The position numbers were made by a program, and so were the translations under genes. Below, in pieces: positions 39,496 through 49,019 of a stretch of 64,000 nucleotides of DNA; within the stretch, counting starts at the first letter, position 1; every line of letters starts with the position of its first letter. The DNA lies in NCBI GenBank assembly GCA_965205095.1, contig OZ242040.1, positions 1,607,787 to 1,671,786 of the forward strand, given 5' to 3'. The DNA is from Candidatus Multivorans sp. (GTDB taxonomy: Bacteria; Acidobacteriota; Thermoanaerobaculia; Multivoradales; Multivoraceae). Below the pieces are notes generated by a model. It saw nothing but the letters and a program-made list of their open reading frames with translations. It was not told the DNA's origin and did not search any database.

Positions 39496-39855
39496 ATGGT
39501 TGAACAAGACCTGAACCACATCTTCCACGCCCTCTCCAACCCCACCCGCCGCGCCATCCTCGCTCGCCTCGCCTCAGGCGAAACAACCGTCGGCGACCTC
39601 TCCAAGCCCCTCCCCCTCTCCTTCGCCGGCGTGTCGAAACACCTCGGCGTACTCGAACGCGCCGGCCTCGTGACACGCGAAGCGCGGGGCCGAGAACGAG
39701 TGTGCCGGCTCAACCCGGCCGCGCTCCGGGACGCCCAGGAGTGGCTCAAGTTCCACACCCGCTTCTGGACCGAGCGCTTGGACGCGCTCGGCGCACTGGT
39801 CGAGACCGGCGCCGGCGCCGACGACGCGGACGAGGACGAGGGCGAAAAGCAATGA
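39496..39855 (+). CDS. ArsR family transcriptional regulator
   Basis: FHALSNPTRRAILARL...VSKHLGVLERAGLV. Confidence 0.8.
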   Translation: MVEQDLNHIFHALSNPTRRAILARLASGETTVGDLSKPLPLSFAGVSKHLGVLERAGLVTREARGRERVCRLNPAALRDAQEWLKFHTRFWTERLDALGALVETGAGADDADEDEGEKQ

Positions 39856-40358
39856 CGAGCCCCACCCAGCCGACACCAGCCACCCGCACGAACAGCCCGG
39901 AGGACCCCGTCATGGCGGACCACCAGAACGAACCGAACATCCACCTGACGCTCGAACGCGTGATCGACGCGCCGGTCCAGCGGGTCTACGCGGCATGGAC
40001 CGACCCGGAGTTGCTGAAGCAGTGGCTGGCGCCGGGGGATGCCGTCGCCTCGCGCGCGGTCGCCGACACAGTGGTCGGCGGGACGTTCCTCATCGAGATG
40101 CGCGGGACCGACGGGCAGCGCTGGCTCGCCCGCGGCGTGTACCGGGAAGTCGCGCCGCTACGCCGCCTGGTGCACACCTGGCGCTGGGAAGGCAGCGACA
40201 TCGAGACACTGGTCACCGCCGAGTTCGAACCTGAATCGGCCGATACGACGCGCCTCACGGTCACTCATGCCCGATTCGCCCAGGACGAGGCCCGCGACCA
40301 GCACGGGAGTAGCTGGGCGTCCTGTCTCGAGAAGCTCGGGGAGCTGTGCGCCGCATGA
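39852..40358 (+). CDS. SRPBCC / AHSA1-family protein
   Basis: Starts by ATGA overlap with arsR. Typical ArsR-AHSA1 pair. Confidence 0.7.
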   Translation: MTSPTQPTPATRTNSPEDPVMADHQNEPNIHLTLERVIDAPVQRVYAAWTDPELLKQWLAPGDAVASRAVADTVVGGTFLIEMRGTDGQRWLARGVYREVAPLRRLVHTWRWEGSDIETLVTAEFEPESADTTRLTVTHARFAQDEARDQHGSSWASCLEKLGELCAA

Positions 40359-41248
40359 ACAGGGTCGCGTCGACCGCCCGTCCCGATTGGGTTTCCGACG
40401 ACCTGTTCCCGTTCGAGAGCCGGTTTCTCGACCTCCCGCCCGATCACCGGATGCACTACATCGACGAAGGCGAGGGCGAACCGATCGTGTTCGTCCACGG
40501 CAACCCCGCATGGTCGTTCGAGTTCCGGCATCCGGTCCGGGAACTGCGGTCGGAGTTCCGCTGCGTCGCGCTCGACCACATCGGCTTCGGCCTCTCGTCA
40601 CGGAGCGCACGGCGCGAGGACCATCGTCCCCGGAGTCACGCGCAGCGCCTGGCCGCTCTGCTCGACCATCTCGACCTTCGCGACATCACCCTGTTCATGA
40701 ACGACTGGGGCGGGCCGATCGGCCTCGACTTCGCACGCAGGCACCCGGAGCGCGTCAAGCGTCTCGTCATCGCGAACACCTGGTGCTGGCCGGTCGGCGA
40801 CGACTTCCACTTCAGGTCGTTCAGCTTCCTGATGTCGAGCTGGATCGGCCAGTACCTGCTGCGGCACCACAACCTCTTCGTGAACGGAGTGATGCCGAGA
40901 GCGGTCGGCGACCGGAGCGTCCTGACGCCGGAGATCATGGCTCACTACCGCAGCGCACAGCCGTCGCCCGCGGCACGGGCCGCGAGCGCCGCGCTGCCGG
41001 GCTACATCGTGGGCGCGAGCGACTGGCTGCGCTCGATCTGGGAGGACCGCGCCGCCTTCGCGGACAAGCCGGCGCTTGTTCTCTGGGGGCTGAAGGACAT
41101 TGCGTTCCGGAGGAAGGAACTGGAGCGGTGGAAGTCGGCGCTTCGGGATGTCGAGGTTCGCGAGTTTGAGGATTGCGGGCACTTTGTGGCGGAGGAGGCG
41201 CCGGGGAGGGTGGTGGAGGGCCTTCGGAGGTTCATGAGGCGCTCGTAG
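40355..41248 (+). CDS. Alpha/beta hydrolase (haloalkane dehalogenase-like)
   Basis: HGNPAWSFEF, nucleophile DWGG, C-terminal CGHF. Confidence 0.75.
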   Translation: MNRVASTARPDWVSDDLFPFESRFLDLPPDHRMHYIDEGEGEPIVFVHGNPAWSFEFRHPVRELRSEFRCVALDHIGFGLSSRSARREDHRPRSHAQRLAALLDHLDLRDITLFMNDWGGPIGLDFARRHPERVKRLVIANTWCWPVGDDFHFRSFSFLMSSWIGQYLLRHHNLFVNGVMPRAVGDRSVLTPEIMAHYRSAQPSPAARAASAALPGYIVGASDWLRSIWEDRAAFADKPALVLWGLKDIAFRRKELERWKSALRDVEVREFEDCGHFVAEEAPGRVVEGLRRFMRRS

Positions 41249-41264
41249 CGGCCTGCCCGCATGA

Positions 41265-41580
41265 TCGCTGCCCGCTGCGGGGCCAGCATCGACGCCATCG
41301 ATCGCCCCTTCGACGACTTCAGGAACGACAAGGCTTACCTCAAGGCAGGCCACTTGCGCCGCCAGCCTCGGCGCCGTCGGCAAGTGGCTCATCCATCCCA
41401 ACCAGATTCCGATGGCCAACGACGGCCTCGCGCCGTCGCCCAGGGACGTCGAATAGGCGCAGAAGATGGTCGATCTCCACAACGAGTCCGTTGCGAAGGG
41501 GACTGGGGCGGGCGCGAAGGGGGACAGTTGGTGGGCGCGACGACGTTGCGGGTCATGAGCCAGTGTGAGGAGGGCGCGGG
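41265..41580 (+). pseudogene. Degenerate copy of the 3' third of the CitE-like lyase gene (matches 15125-15466) with frame-disrupting changes and an in-frame TAG
   Basis: Aligned DNA: RMIAA...AIDGPFGDFRNDKAYLK ... QKMVDL(Y/H)NESVAKG ... up to the stop. Confidence 0.8.
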
Positions 41581-42080
41581 CTGCTGGGAGGTTGTAGGCC
41601 CGACGCGCAGCCCCGACCACGGCGAGGCGACCACCGATGTCGCGCCCTTCGCGCGTCACCCAGCGCTGCGCCGCACGCGACCACAGCGGCGGCCGGTCCT
41701 ATGGCAGCGAGTGGATCTGGCCCCTCGATCAACTGGTGCTCCTCCTCGCGACATCACGGGTATCTCCACCAGCCGCCGCCGTTCAACAGGCCGGTTCCGA
41801 GCGGAGACCTCACAGCGACTCAGCCTCGGGTATCGGGTGTCTACCGTAGTTCCGGCTCGATCAGTGGAGGTACGGGGCCAGGACCGCCTGTCGGTGCTTG
41901 AGGAGGACTGCCTGCACCTTTCTGGGTACGCTCCGCCGGCCTCGCACTACTGTCGCGATGCCGCGAACGGTACTAGTCTTGGCGACGGAGGCGCGACCAT
42001 GAACGAACTCTACGAAGAACGACAGCCTGGGTGGATCGCAGGTGGCGCACCCGGGAACGGCAGGTCGAGAGGCTAGGACG

Positions 42081-42983
42081 ATGAAGGTGAGGCGCGACGA
42101 GAACGGCATTCAGCTCTTCGACCGAGTAAGCGGACTCAACATTCTCGTCGATGAAGTCTCGGTGCCGGTACGGGCGCGCCACTTCGCGCCACGGTTCGTC
42201 TCGATTGCGCTGACGAATGCATGCGATCTGAACTGCCATTTCTGCTACGCGCCGAAAGATCCCGCGCGACTCGACCTCAAGTCCGTAGTCGCCTGGGCCG
42301 TGGAGTTGGACGGCGGCGGCTGCCTCGGGCTCGGTTTCGGAGGTGGTGAGCCTACGTTGCACCCGGACTTCCCGGCAATCTGCCGTCGCGTCGCCGAGGA
42401 GACCAGCCTAGCGGTGTCGTTCACGACGCACGGCCACCGCATAACCGAGCGGCTCGCCAAAGAGCTAAGGGGGGCCGTCCATTTCGTACGAATCTCACTC
42501 GATGGAGTCGGCGCCACCTACGAGAGAATCCGAGGCCGGTCCTTTGAAGCTTTCCTCCACAAACTAGACGTCGTCCGCACGATCGCTCCGTTCGGTGTCA
42601 ACTACGTCGTCAACGCTGACACCATCGAAGGTCTGGGCGCCGCGGCACGATTAGCCTTCGACCGAGGGGCCCTCGAACTGCTGTTACTGCCCGAAAAGCC
42701 GGTCAACGGCAAGGGCGGCATTGACCCCACCACTTCTCAAGCGCTCTCGTGCTGGATTGAGCGCAACCACCACTACCGGCTCGCAATATCCGATACTGCG
42801 GCACCAGACGGCCTTCCGTTAGCTGATCCCTTCCGCGGAGGAAGTCCTCTCTCCGCCTTCGCCCACATTGACGCGACAGGGCGGCTCCGTGCCTCTTCCT
42901 CTTCCAGGCTCGGCTCACCCATTCAGTCTTCCCTCAGACTTGCACTGTCCGCCGTCCGCGCCAAGCTAGGAGAGCCAACATGA
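42081..42983 (+). CDS. Radical SAM protein of about 300 aa (CxxxCxxC, no SPASM cluster)
   Basis: ALTNACDLNCHFCYAP and GGGEPTLHP motifs. Start taken at MKVRRDENG. Confidence 0.75.
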   Translation: MKVRRDENGIQLFDRVSGLNILVDEVSVPVRARHFAPRFVSIALTNACDLNCHFCYAPKDPARLDLKSVVAWAVELDGGGCLGLGFGGGEPTLHPDFPAICRRVAEETSLAVSFTTHGHRITERLAKELRGAVHFVRISLDGVGATYERIRGRSFEAFLHKLDVVRTIAPFGVNYVVNADTIEGLGAAARLAFDRGALELLLLPEKPVNGKGGIDPTTSQALSCWIERNHHYRLAISDTAAPDGLPLADPFRGGSPLSAFAHIDATGRLRASSSSRLGSPIQSSLRLALSAVRAKLGEPT

Positions 42984-43384
42984 AAGTATGGGTAGGTTAC
43001 GGTTCTGAGCACTCTTCCAGGCTCAATCTGATCGGCCGTTTCAAGACACCCGAGGCCGCGGAGGAGGTTCGACGACAACTGGAGCAGCTCTGCGAACTCG
43101 TCGCGAACAGCTACGACCACGATAGGTTTGACGAGAACCCGATGGCCCTCTACCTCGACAGGGAACTATGCGAGACGTTAGCCGGCCTCGGTTGCCGCCA
43201 CTTTTCCCCAGAAGACATCGCGAGTCTCATCGGCGAGCACCAGATAGACCGCCGCGGCAACGAACTCCGAATCTGGTCCAACGAATTCAGCGTTAGTGGT
43301 TTCGTCAAGTTCCTGATAGAGAGACCGGTCCGTGTCGAAGTCTTCTCGGAGCACCACTTTCCCGAGGCACAATCCTCACAGTAG
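42980..43384 (+). CDS. Hypothetical 134-aa protein, translationally coupled to the radical SAM gene
   Basis: ATGA overlap. No recognisable domain. Confidence 0.5.
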   Translation: MKVWVGYGSEHSSRLNLIGRFKTPEAAEEVRRQLEQLCELVANSYDHDRFDENPMALYLDRELCETLAGLGCRHFSPEDIASLIGEHQIDRRGNELRIWSNEFSVSGFVKFLIERPVRVEVFSEHHFPEAQSSQ

Positions 43385-43407
43385 CTACGCAGTCTGAGAG
43401 AGTTCAG

Positions 43408-46400
43408 TTGGATTGGGAACAATTCACACGGCTACCCGGGTCAGAGTCCTGGAACTGGGAGCGCCTCTGCGGAGCAGTGGTGCGGCGGAGCTTCGGGGCC
43501 CTAGGGAGACTCCGCTACGTTTCCCAGCAACCGGGAGTAGAGTTTCACTTGGAGTTGGAGCGCCCTTCAAACATCTTGGGCCAGCCGGGCCGTTGGTGGG
43601 GCTGGCAGTGCCGATGGCACAAGATCTCCCCCGGTCGACCACTCGGAAAGACACGCCAGAAGAAGATCGAATCGTCGATTCGCACAGCCGAGAAGTACGT
43701 TCCTAACATGACCGATTGGGTCCTCTGGACGAGAAGGCCCCTCACTCCGACGGATCAAAAGTGGTTCTTCGCCATCCCATCTAGACTGCGGTTGCACCTG
43801 TGGACCGAGGCTGATCTGGACGCTCACCTCGTTGGCGAAGCTGAGATGCTCCGGCGCACTTACTTCGGAGATCTCGTCCTTACACCGGGAGATCTTTGCA
43901 ACCTACGGGATCAGTCCATTGCTCCAATCCGTGACCGGTGGCTGACCCACGTCCACACGGAAGTCGATGCCGAGAGCGAACTTCGGAAACTTCTTGCGGA
44001 AGCAGACTACTGGAACGAGATGGCAGGACTTGTCGCCGAGCTTGACTCTTCAACCCAGGAGTTGGCGAAGATTCTCCCTGAAGTTGAGGAAGAGTTCCAG
44101 GGCCAAGTTCGATTACTCGCGGACGACCTCCGTGGCTTGAGTGACGCCACCGGAGAGACATCCCGCGCATTACAGAGCGCGGCCTTGGCCACTGCAACCG
44201 AGAGGACCGCCACGGAGCCCTCCTTTAGGCTCAGCCGTGCCCAGGGGACTCGGCTCGCTCGGTCCCTCAGGAAGCGACGCTCTCAGTTCTGCTTCCCCGT
44301 ACAAGCCGCTCTTGCCCGCCGCCGCGACGCGGAGATCCTCCTGGCGCAGTTCCGAGGGTACTTGTCCACCTCGGCCGTCGCCGTGGTCGGTCCGGCAGGA
44401 TGTGGCAAAACGCACCTAGCCGCCGAGCTGACGACCTCCCGCGGTAGTCGACCGTGCGGCATCTACCTCCAAGCTTGGCCTCTGACAAAACGGGGCACGG
44501 CCAAAGAACTGATGGACCAGGTCGACGGCGTTGGCGCAGAGTCCTTCGTCGAGCTACTTGAAGCCGTGGACGCGGCCGGGTCACGGGCGGGCACGCGAGT
44601 ACCGGTGGTCATTGACGGACTGAACGAATCGGAGGATCCGGTCAGCTGGAAGAGCGAACTGGCAAGCCTGGTTCCCGTGTTGAACCGACTACCACACGTT
44701 CTCCTCATTGTGACCGTGCGGCCGTCTGTGGCGAGTATGGCGGTTCCAGAGGGTCTCCGCAGGCTGGAACTCCCCGGCTTTGATCACGCAACGCCCGCAG
44801 CCGTCGATCGGTACTTCCAAGCGTACCGGATCGACCCCGGCTCGGTGCCTCTTTCATACGGACCATTCCAAGAGCCACTTTTCCTCCGAATCTTCTGCGA
44901 AGCGACAAATCCCGGCAAGGAGGTCACGGTGAGGCTAGATGAGGTCCCCGCCTCCCTCATAGGTGCGTTTGGCCGTTTCCGAAGGACCGTCGCGGAGAGA
45001 ATCGCGGATCGGCCAGGTGGTGTGCGCCGCTACGTTCAGGATGTTCTAAGAGCTCTGGACGCCATCTCGCTGTCCCTCTGGACTGCGAAGCGCCGAGCCA
45101 TGTCCTTCGACGAGCTCCGCAAGCTCATCGGCGACGACGCCCAGGATTGGACCAAGAGCCTTGCCAGAGAACTACTGGACGAAGGCATCCTTGGCGCAGA
45201 GCCATATGACGGCCGCCACGGCCGAGTCGTCATCCTGTTTGATCCCTTCGCTGGTTTTCTTGTCGCGGACGCGCTGATCCGCGAAAGAGGGCGGGAGGAC
45301 TTCACTAAGTGGATCGGCGACGACCACACGAAGACTCTCCTCGGCACTCACCCGGAAGAGGCACACCCTCTCGCATCGGACATCCGAAGAGCCTTCGTGG
45401 GCCTAGTTCCCAGGAGATTCCGGACACAGTTCTGGCAGCTCGTAGACGGCGAGGTCCGGAGGGAGGCGACCCTCGCCGCTGCTGAGCTTGAGGCTACTCT
45501 TCTAGACCACGCAACCGTTCAGGAGATCGGTCGGCTTGCTTTGCGGCCGGACCCTGACCTCGTCCCGAGTCGGTTGGGCCGAGGCGATCTCTTTGACCGA
45601 TTCCGAGAGCTACGAGAGGCTGTTGGGCATCCCCTCAACGCCGAGTTCTTGGATCACCTACTTGGTCCCCAATCGGTCGCGGATCGCGACTTGCGGTGGT
45701 CCGAGTGGGTCCGAAGACGTGAGCACGACATCCTCGCCGACATCGACCTCTTGACCAAGCGTTGGCGATGCACGGAGGACCGCACACGCCGAGATGACCT
45801 CCGTGCCCTTTGGCTAAAGTGGCTGCTTACGAGTACTCATCGCGACCTTAGAGACCTCGCCACACGCGCCCTCTACTGGTATGGCCGAGGAGAACCGGAA
45901 GCGTTGTTTCGCCTCGCGATCTCCAGTATGGGCACGAGCGATCCGTACATCAAAGAACGCCTTCTTGCAGCCTCGTTCGGTGTCGTCATGGCTGGACCCG
46001 GAGGGAGGCACGAGTTCGGGCGGGAACTACACGACTTCTTGGATCAGCTATGGAATGCGCTCTCTGCAGAGGACGCTGCGCACGCTACCGACCACTGGCT
46101 GATTCGTCACTGCGTAGAGGGAATTGTCGCGGTGGCCCGCCTCTACTACACCTCGGCACTCGGCAAGTGGTCGACCGAAGGGGAGTTTCGGCGCCCTGGC
46201 AGGCCGGAACCGATCGCACGCAAAGACCCTCGGAACGCGGAGCGAGAACTAGTCTATGGCATGGACTTCAGAAACTACACGGTCGGCAGGTTACTCCGAA
46301 ACCGGGACAACTATGACTTCAAGGACGAAGAGTACGAGGAAGTGTCGTCATGGATTCGAGCGAGGGTCTGGGAACTGGGTTGGCGAGCCGAACGCTTCAA

Positions 46401-47433
46401 GGCAGCGGAAGAGAGCATCGCTCAGTACCGTCGATATCGTTTCCATCATCGCGGGAAGGTGGAATCGTACCAGAAGAAGTACGGCTGGATCGGGTTCTTC
46501 GAGGCCGCGGGTAGGCTCGTGGAAGAGGGACGGTCGCCGTTCATGGACGGTGAAACCCAGCTATCCGACGTCGACATCGACCCGTCCTTCCCGTCAGTAC
46601 CCAGAGCTGCTCCTGCATGTATCCCGGACCTACTCTCTGAGGACTTCGAGGATTCCGAGAGCTGGGTCCTGTCTGGCACTGTGGATGTACCGGATCGCAT
46701 GCTGCGGCATCGGGTGCTTGAGGACTCCCACGGGCCGTGGGTCGCACTCTCCGCATCCTTACGTCAACGGGATCTCGAAACGAGACGGGAGGTGTTTGCC
46801 GTCCTATGGAGCATGCTTGTTCGCCGGGGGGACGAGCAGAGACTCAGGCGAGTTCTCCGGTCACGGCGTCGGCCAGGCAACATCTGGCAGCTACATCCTC
46901 CTGAGAGCTACTACGTTTTCGCCGGAGAGATGCCATGGAGTTTATGCGCCCGGTTCGGTGAAGGCGCGGACAATCTGCGGCAGCTGTACGCCCGAACCGC
47001 CAGGGGAGAGGACGGGCAGGAGGTTCCGGTCGAGTTGGCGGCCAACTACTATGCATGGGAGTCGTACCACTCCGTGACCAATGACGCTGGAGGATTCCCT
47101 GTCCCAGCGGTCACCTTCGCCGAGGCTTTTGATCTTCGGGTCGTGCCAGCCAGCCTGGACTGGTGCGACGCACAAGGCCGGAGAGCTTCGATGACGTTCG
47201 GGCCACCGGCTAGGTTCGACGAAAGCGGACACCTCCTGTATCTCCGGGAGGATCTCATTCGGAAGTACTGCAACCAGCACGACTACGAGCTGATCTGGAT
47301 GGTTTGGGGCGAACGGACACCGTGGTTCGCCGACCGACCAAGAGACCTGCCAGCTTGGCTCCTTCAGGCGTACGAGGACTACACGTACGGCTGGCGCCGC
47401 ATTGCATCGCTGGACGAGGTCACTGCCGTCTAG
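43408..47433 (+). CDS. Large NACHT-type STAND NTPase (1341 aa) with an N-terminal domain of about 300 aa of unknown function
   Basis: Walker A VVGPAGCGKTHLAAE, Walker B VVIDGLNESED, then the hhhTxR motif (LLIVTVRPS). Long helical C-terminal region. Confidence 0.7.
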   Translation: MDWEQFTRLPGSESWNWERLCGAVVRRSFGALGRLRYVSQQPGVEFHLELERPSNILGQPGRWWGWQCRWHKISPGRPLGKTRQKKIESSIRTAEKYVPNMTDWVLWTRRPLTPTDQKWFFAIPSRLRLHLWTEADLDAHLVGEAEMLRRTYFGDLVLTPGDLCNLRDQSIAPIRDRWLTHVHTEVDAESELRKLLAEADYWNEMAGLVAELDSSTQELAKILPEVEEEFQGQVRLLADDLRGLSDATGETSRALQSAALATATERTATEPSFRLSRAQGTRLARSLRKRRSQFCFPVQAALARRRDAEILLAQFRGYLSTSAVAVVGPAGCGKTHLAAELTTSRGSRPCGIYLQAWPLTKRGTAKELMDQVDGVGAESFVELLEAVDAAGSRAGTRVPVVIDGLNESEDPVSWKSELASLVPVLNRLPHVLLIVTVRPSVASMAVPEGLRRLELPGFDHATPAAVDRYFQAYRIDPGSVPLSYGPFQEPLFLRIFCEATNPGKEVTVRLDEVPASLIGAFGRFRRTVAERIADRPGGVRRYVQDVLRALDAISLSLWTAKRRAMSFDELRKLIGDDAQDWTKSLARELLDEGILGAEPYDGRHGRVVILFDPFAGFLVADALIRERGREDFTKWIGDDHTKTLLGTHPEEAHPLASDIRRAFVGLVPRRFRTQFWQLVDGEVRREATLAAAELEATLLDHATVQEIGRLALRPDPDLVPSRLGRGDLFDRFRELREAVGHPLNAEFLDHLLGPQSVADRDLRWSEWVRRREHDILADIDLLTKRWRCTEDRTRRDDLRALWLKWLLTSTHRDLRDLATRALYWYGRGEPEALFRLAISSMGTSDPYIKERLLAASFGVVMAGPGGRHEFGRELHDFLDQLWNALSAEDAAHATDHWLIRHCVEGIVAVARLYYTSALGKWSTEGEFRRPGRPEPIARKDPRNAERELVYGMDFRNYTVGRLLRNRDNYDFKDEEYEEVSSWIRARVWELGWRAERFKAAEESIAQYRRYRFHHRGKVESYQKKYGWIGFFEAAGRLVEEGRSPFMDGETQLSDVDIDPSFPSVPRAAPACIPDLLSEDFEDSESWVLSGTVDVPDRMLRHRVLEDSHGPWVALSASLRQRDLETRREVFAVLWSMLVRRGDEQRLRRVLRSRRRPGNIWQLHPPESYYVFAGEMPWSLCARFGEGADNLRQLYARTARGEDGQEVPVELAANYYAWESYHSVTNDAGGFPVPAVTFAEAFDLRVVPASLDWCDAQGRRASMTFGPPARFDESGHLLYLREDLIRKYCNQHDYELIWMVWGERTPWFADRPRDLPAWLLQAYEDYTYGWRRIASLDEVTAV

Positions 47434-47983
47434 CTCGGCTACCAGGGCATCGTCGGCCCGCTTTTCCCCTCCCTAGGTCCTCTGAACCCGGCCGCCGGCC
47501 CGCGCGGATTGTCACGCGATGCTCGATCTGCGCCACCAGATTCTCTGACAGCGCATGCTCCAGGAAAGGAACATCCCCGACTCCTTCGTAACGCCCCAGG
47601 CCGATTCTCAGGGACGGCGGCGACTTCGTGCGACAGCTCCAGGTCGGCCGAAATGCGACAAGTCGATGCCACCCACTGGTGGTCCAGTAGGTCCGTAAGG
47701 TGTGGGGGTGCCGTGGTGCTCAACCCCGGAACGGGTCGGGGATCACATCGGACTCGTTGCTACTCCCCTCGATGCGTCCAATCGAACAAGCGGACTCTGA
47801 GTCGGTAGTCAACCCGCTCTCTCGGCCTCCGTCTGAAGCGACCGGATGCCATCGATCACGCCTGCAACACGGTTGACTTGAGCCTGTCGCCACCGCTACA
47901 GTGCACGACCTCCAACTTGGGGCCGGACTCGCCAAGGCCGCCGATAGGCCGCCTCCACACGTGAGCCCCACGACAAGAGAGAC

Positions 47984-48880
47984 TTGATCTCCGTGTCGCA
48001 GTCACAAGGCACCGCGCCCGCACCTAAACCGCAAGCTCCCCCGGTACGCGGCAACGCTAGTCCTCAAGATGCCGCGGTCAAGCTCCACTTCGCGCACGAG
48101 CTGGTCAACCGGCTTTGGCAAAACGCTCCCGACATTCAGCCGGATTGCGTCGCGGACTACGTGGCGATTCAGGCTTGGGCGTGGATTCCCTCTGGCTGTC
48201 AGCTCGTCGAACAGTCCTTCAAGGCGCTGATCGCCGCCCGCCACGGCACGCCACTCACGGAACGGAAGAAAGGCCACCATCTGGACGAACTGTTCGCCAA
48301 GTTGGAGAACAGCGACAAGCAGGCGATCTCGCACGCCTTCGAGTCCTTCGTCAGTCTTCACAACCACATACCAATCCCAACCGTAGGCGACTTCTTCGAC
48401 TCCGTAGGTCGCGGCTACACCCGATGGAGATACATGCTCCTCGACGGAGCGGAGGGTATCCCGCCCAACCACTTTGGTGCGCTCCTAGAAATCGCCAATG
48501 CCACGATTTCTCTGCTCAAGTCCTGTCTCGCTGACAAACCACCGAGTTTCCCGACGGTAATGCAGCGGATCCAGTTCAACATCGATGGTGACATCGGGCA
48601 TGCGTGCAACCGCCTCAACCGAGGCGACGAGGAGCTGGATGAACTCGAACATCGCTACCAGCGTCTACGACGAGAGATCCTCGGCAACATGAGGACCCGT
48701 CTCGCCATTGCCGCCCACTTGGAGAACACCGACAACTCAAGGTTGGGACCACAGCCACCCCCGAACCCTTGGAGCCGGAACTTGCCCGAACTCACCCCTC
48801 CGATCGAGGTGTTGATCGACCTCTGGAAGCGGTCGAGCGATCGCAAGAACCTCGTAGCCTACTTCCGCAAGCCACTGTGA
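47984..48880 (+). CDS. Hypothetical protein
   Basis: ORF of 298 aa. Confidence 0.4.
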   Translation: MISVSQSQGTAPAPKPQAPPVRGNASPQDAAVKLHFAHELVNRLWQNAPDIQPDCVADYVAIQAWAWIPSGCQLVEQSFKALIAARHGTPLTERKKGHHLDELFAKLENSDKQAISHAFESFVSLHNHIPIPTVGDFFDSVGRGYTRWRYMLLDGAEGIPPNHFGALLEIANATISLLKSCLADKPPSFPTVMQRIQFNIDGDIGHACNRLNRGDEELDELEHRYQRLRREILGNMRTRLAIAAHLENTDNSRLGPQPPPNPWSRNLPELTPPIEVLIDLWKRSSDRKNLVAYFRKPL

Positions 48881-49019
48881 TCCTCACCGGATGGGTCGCG
48901 CAGACGCCGACCACAGGTGACGGTCGCGTGGTCACCTTCCTCTATTCCGGCACGGGCGCCGAACTCCGCACCTGGGCCGGGAGCCACGAAAACACATGCT
49001 CCGGCGGGGGCCAAAGGCC

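Noticed and set aside
42081-42983. Calling the radical SAM protein a prokaryotic viperin
   Set aside because: The CxxxCxxC neighbourhood resembles viperin but equally MoaA/QueE-type enzymes, and no nucleotide kinase is adjacent. It is left as a generic radical SAM protein.
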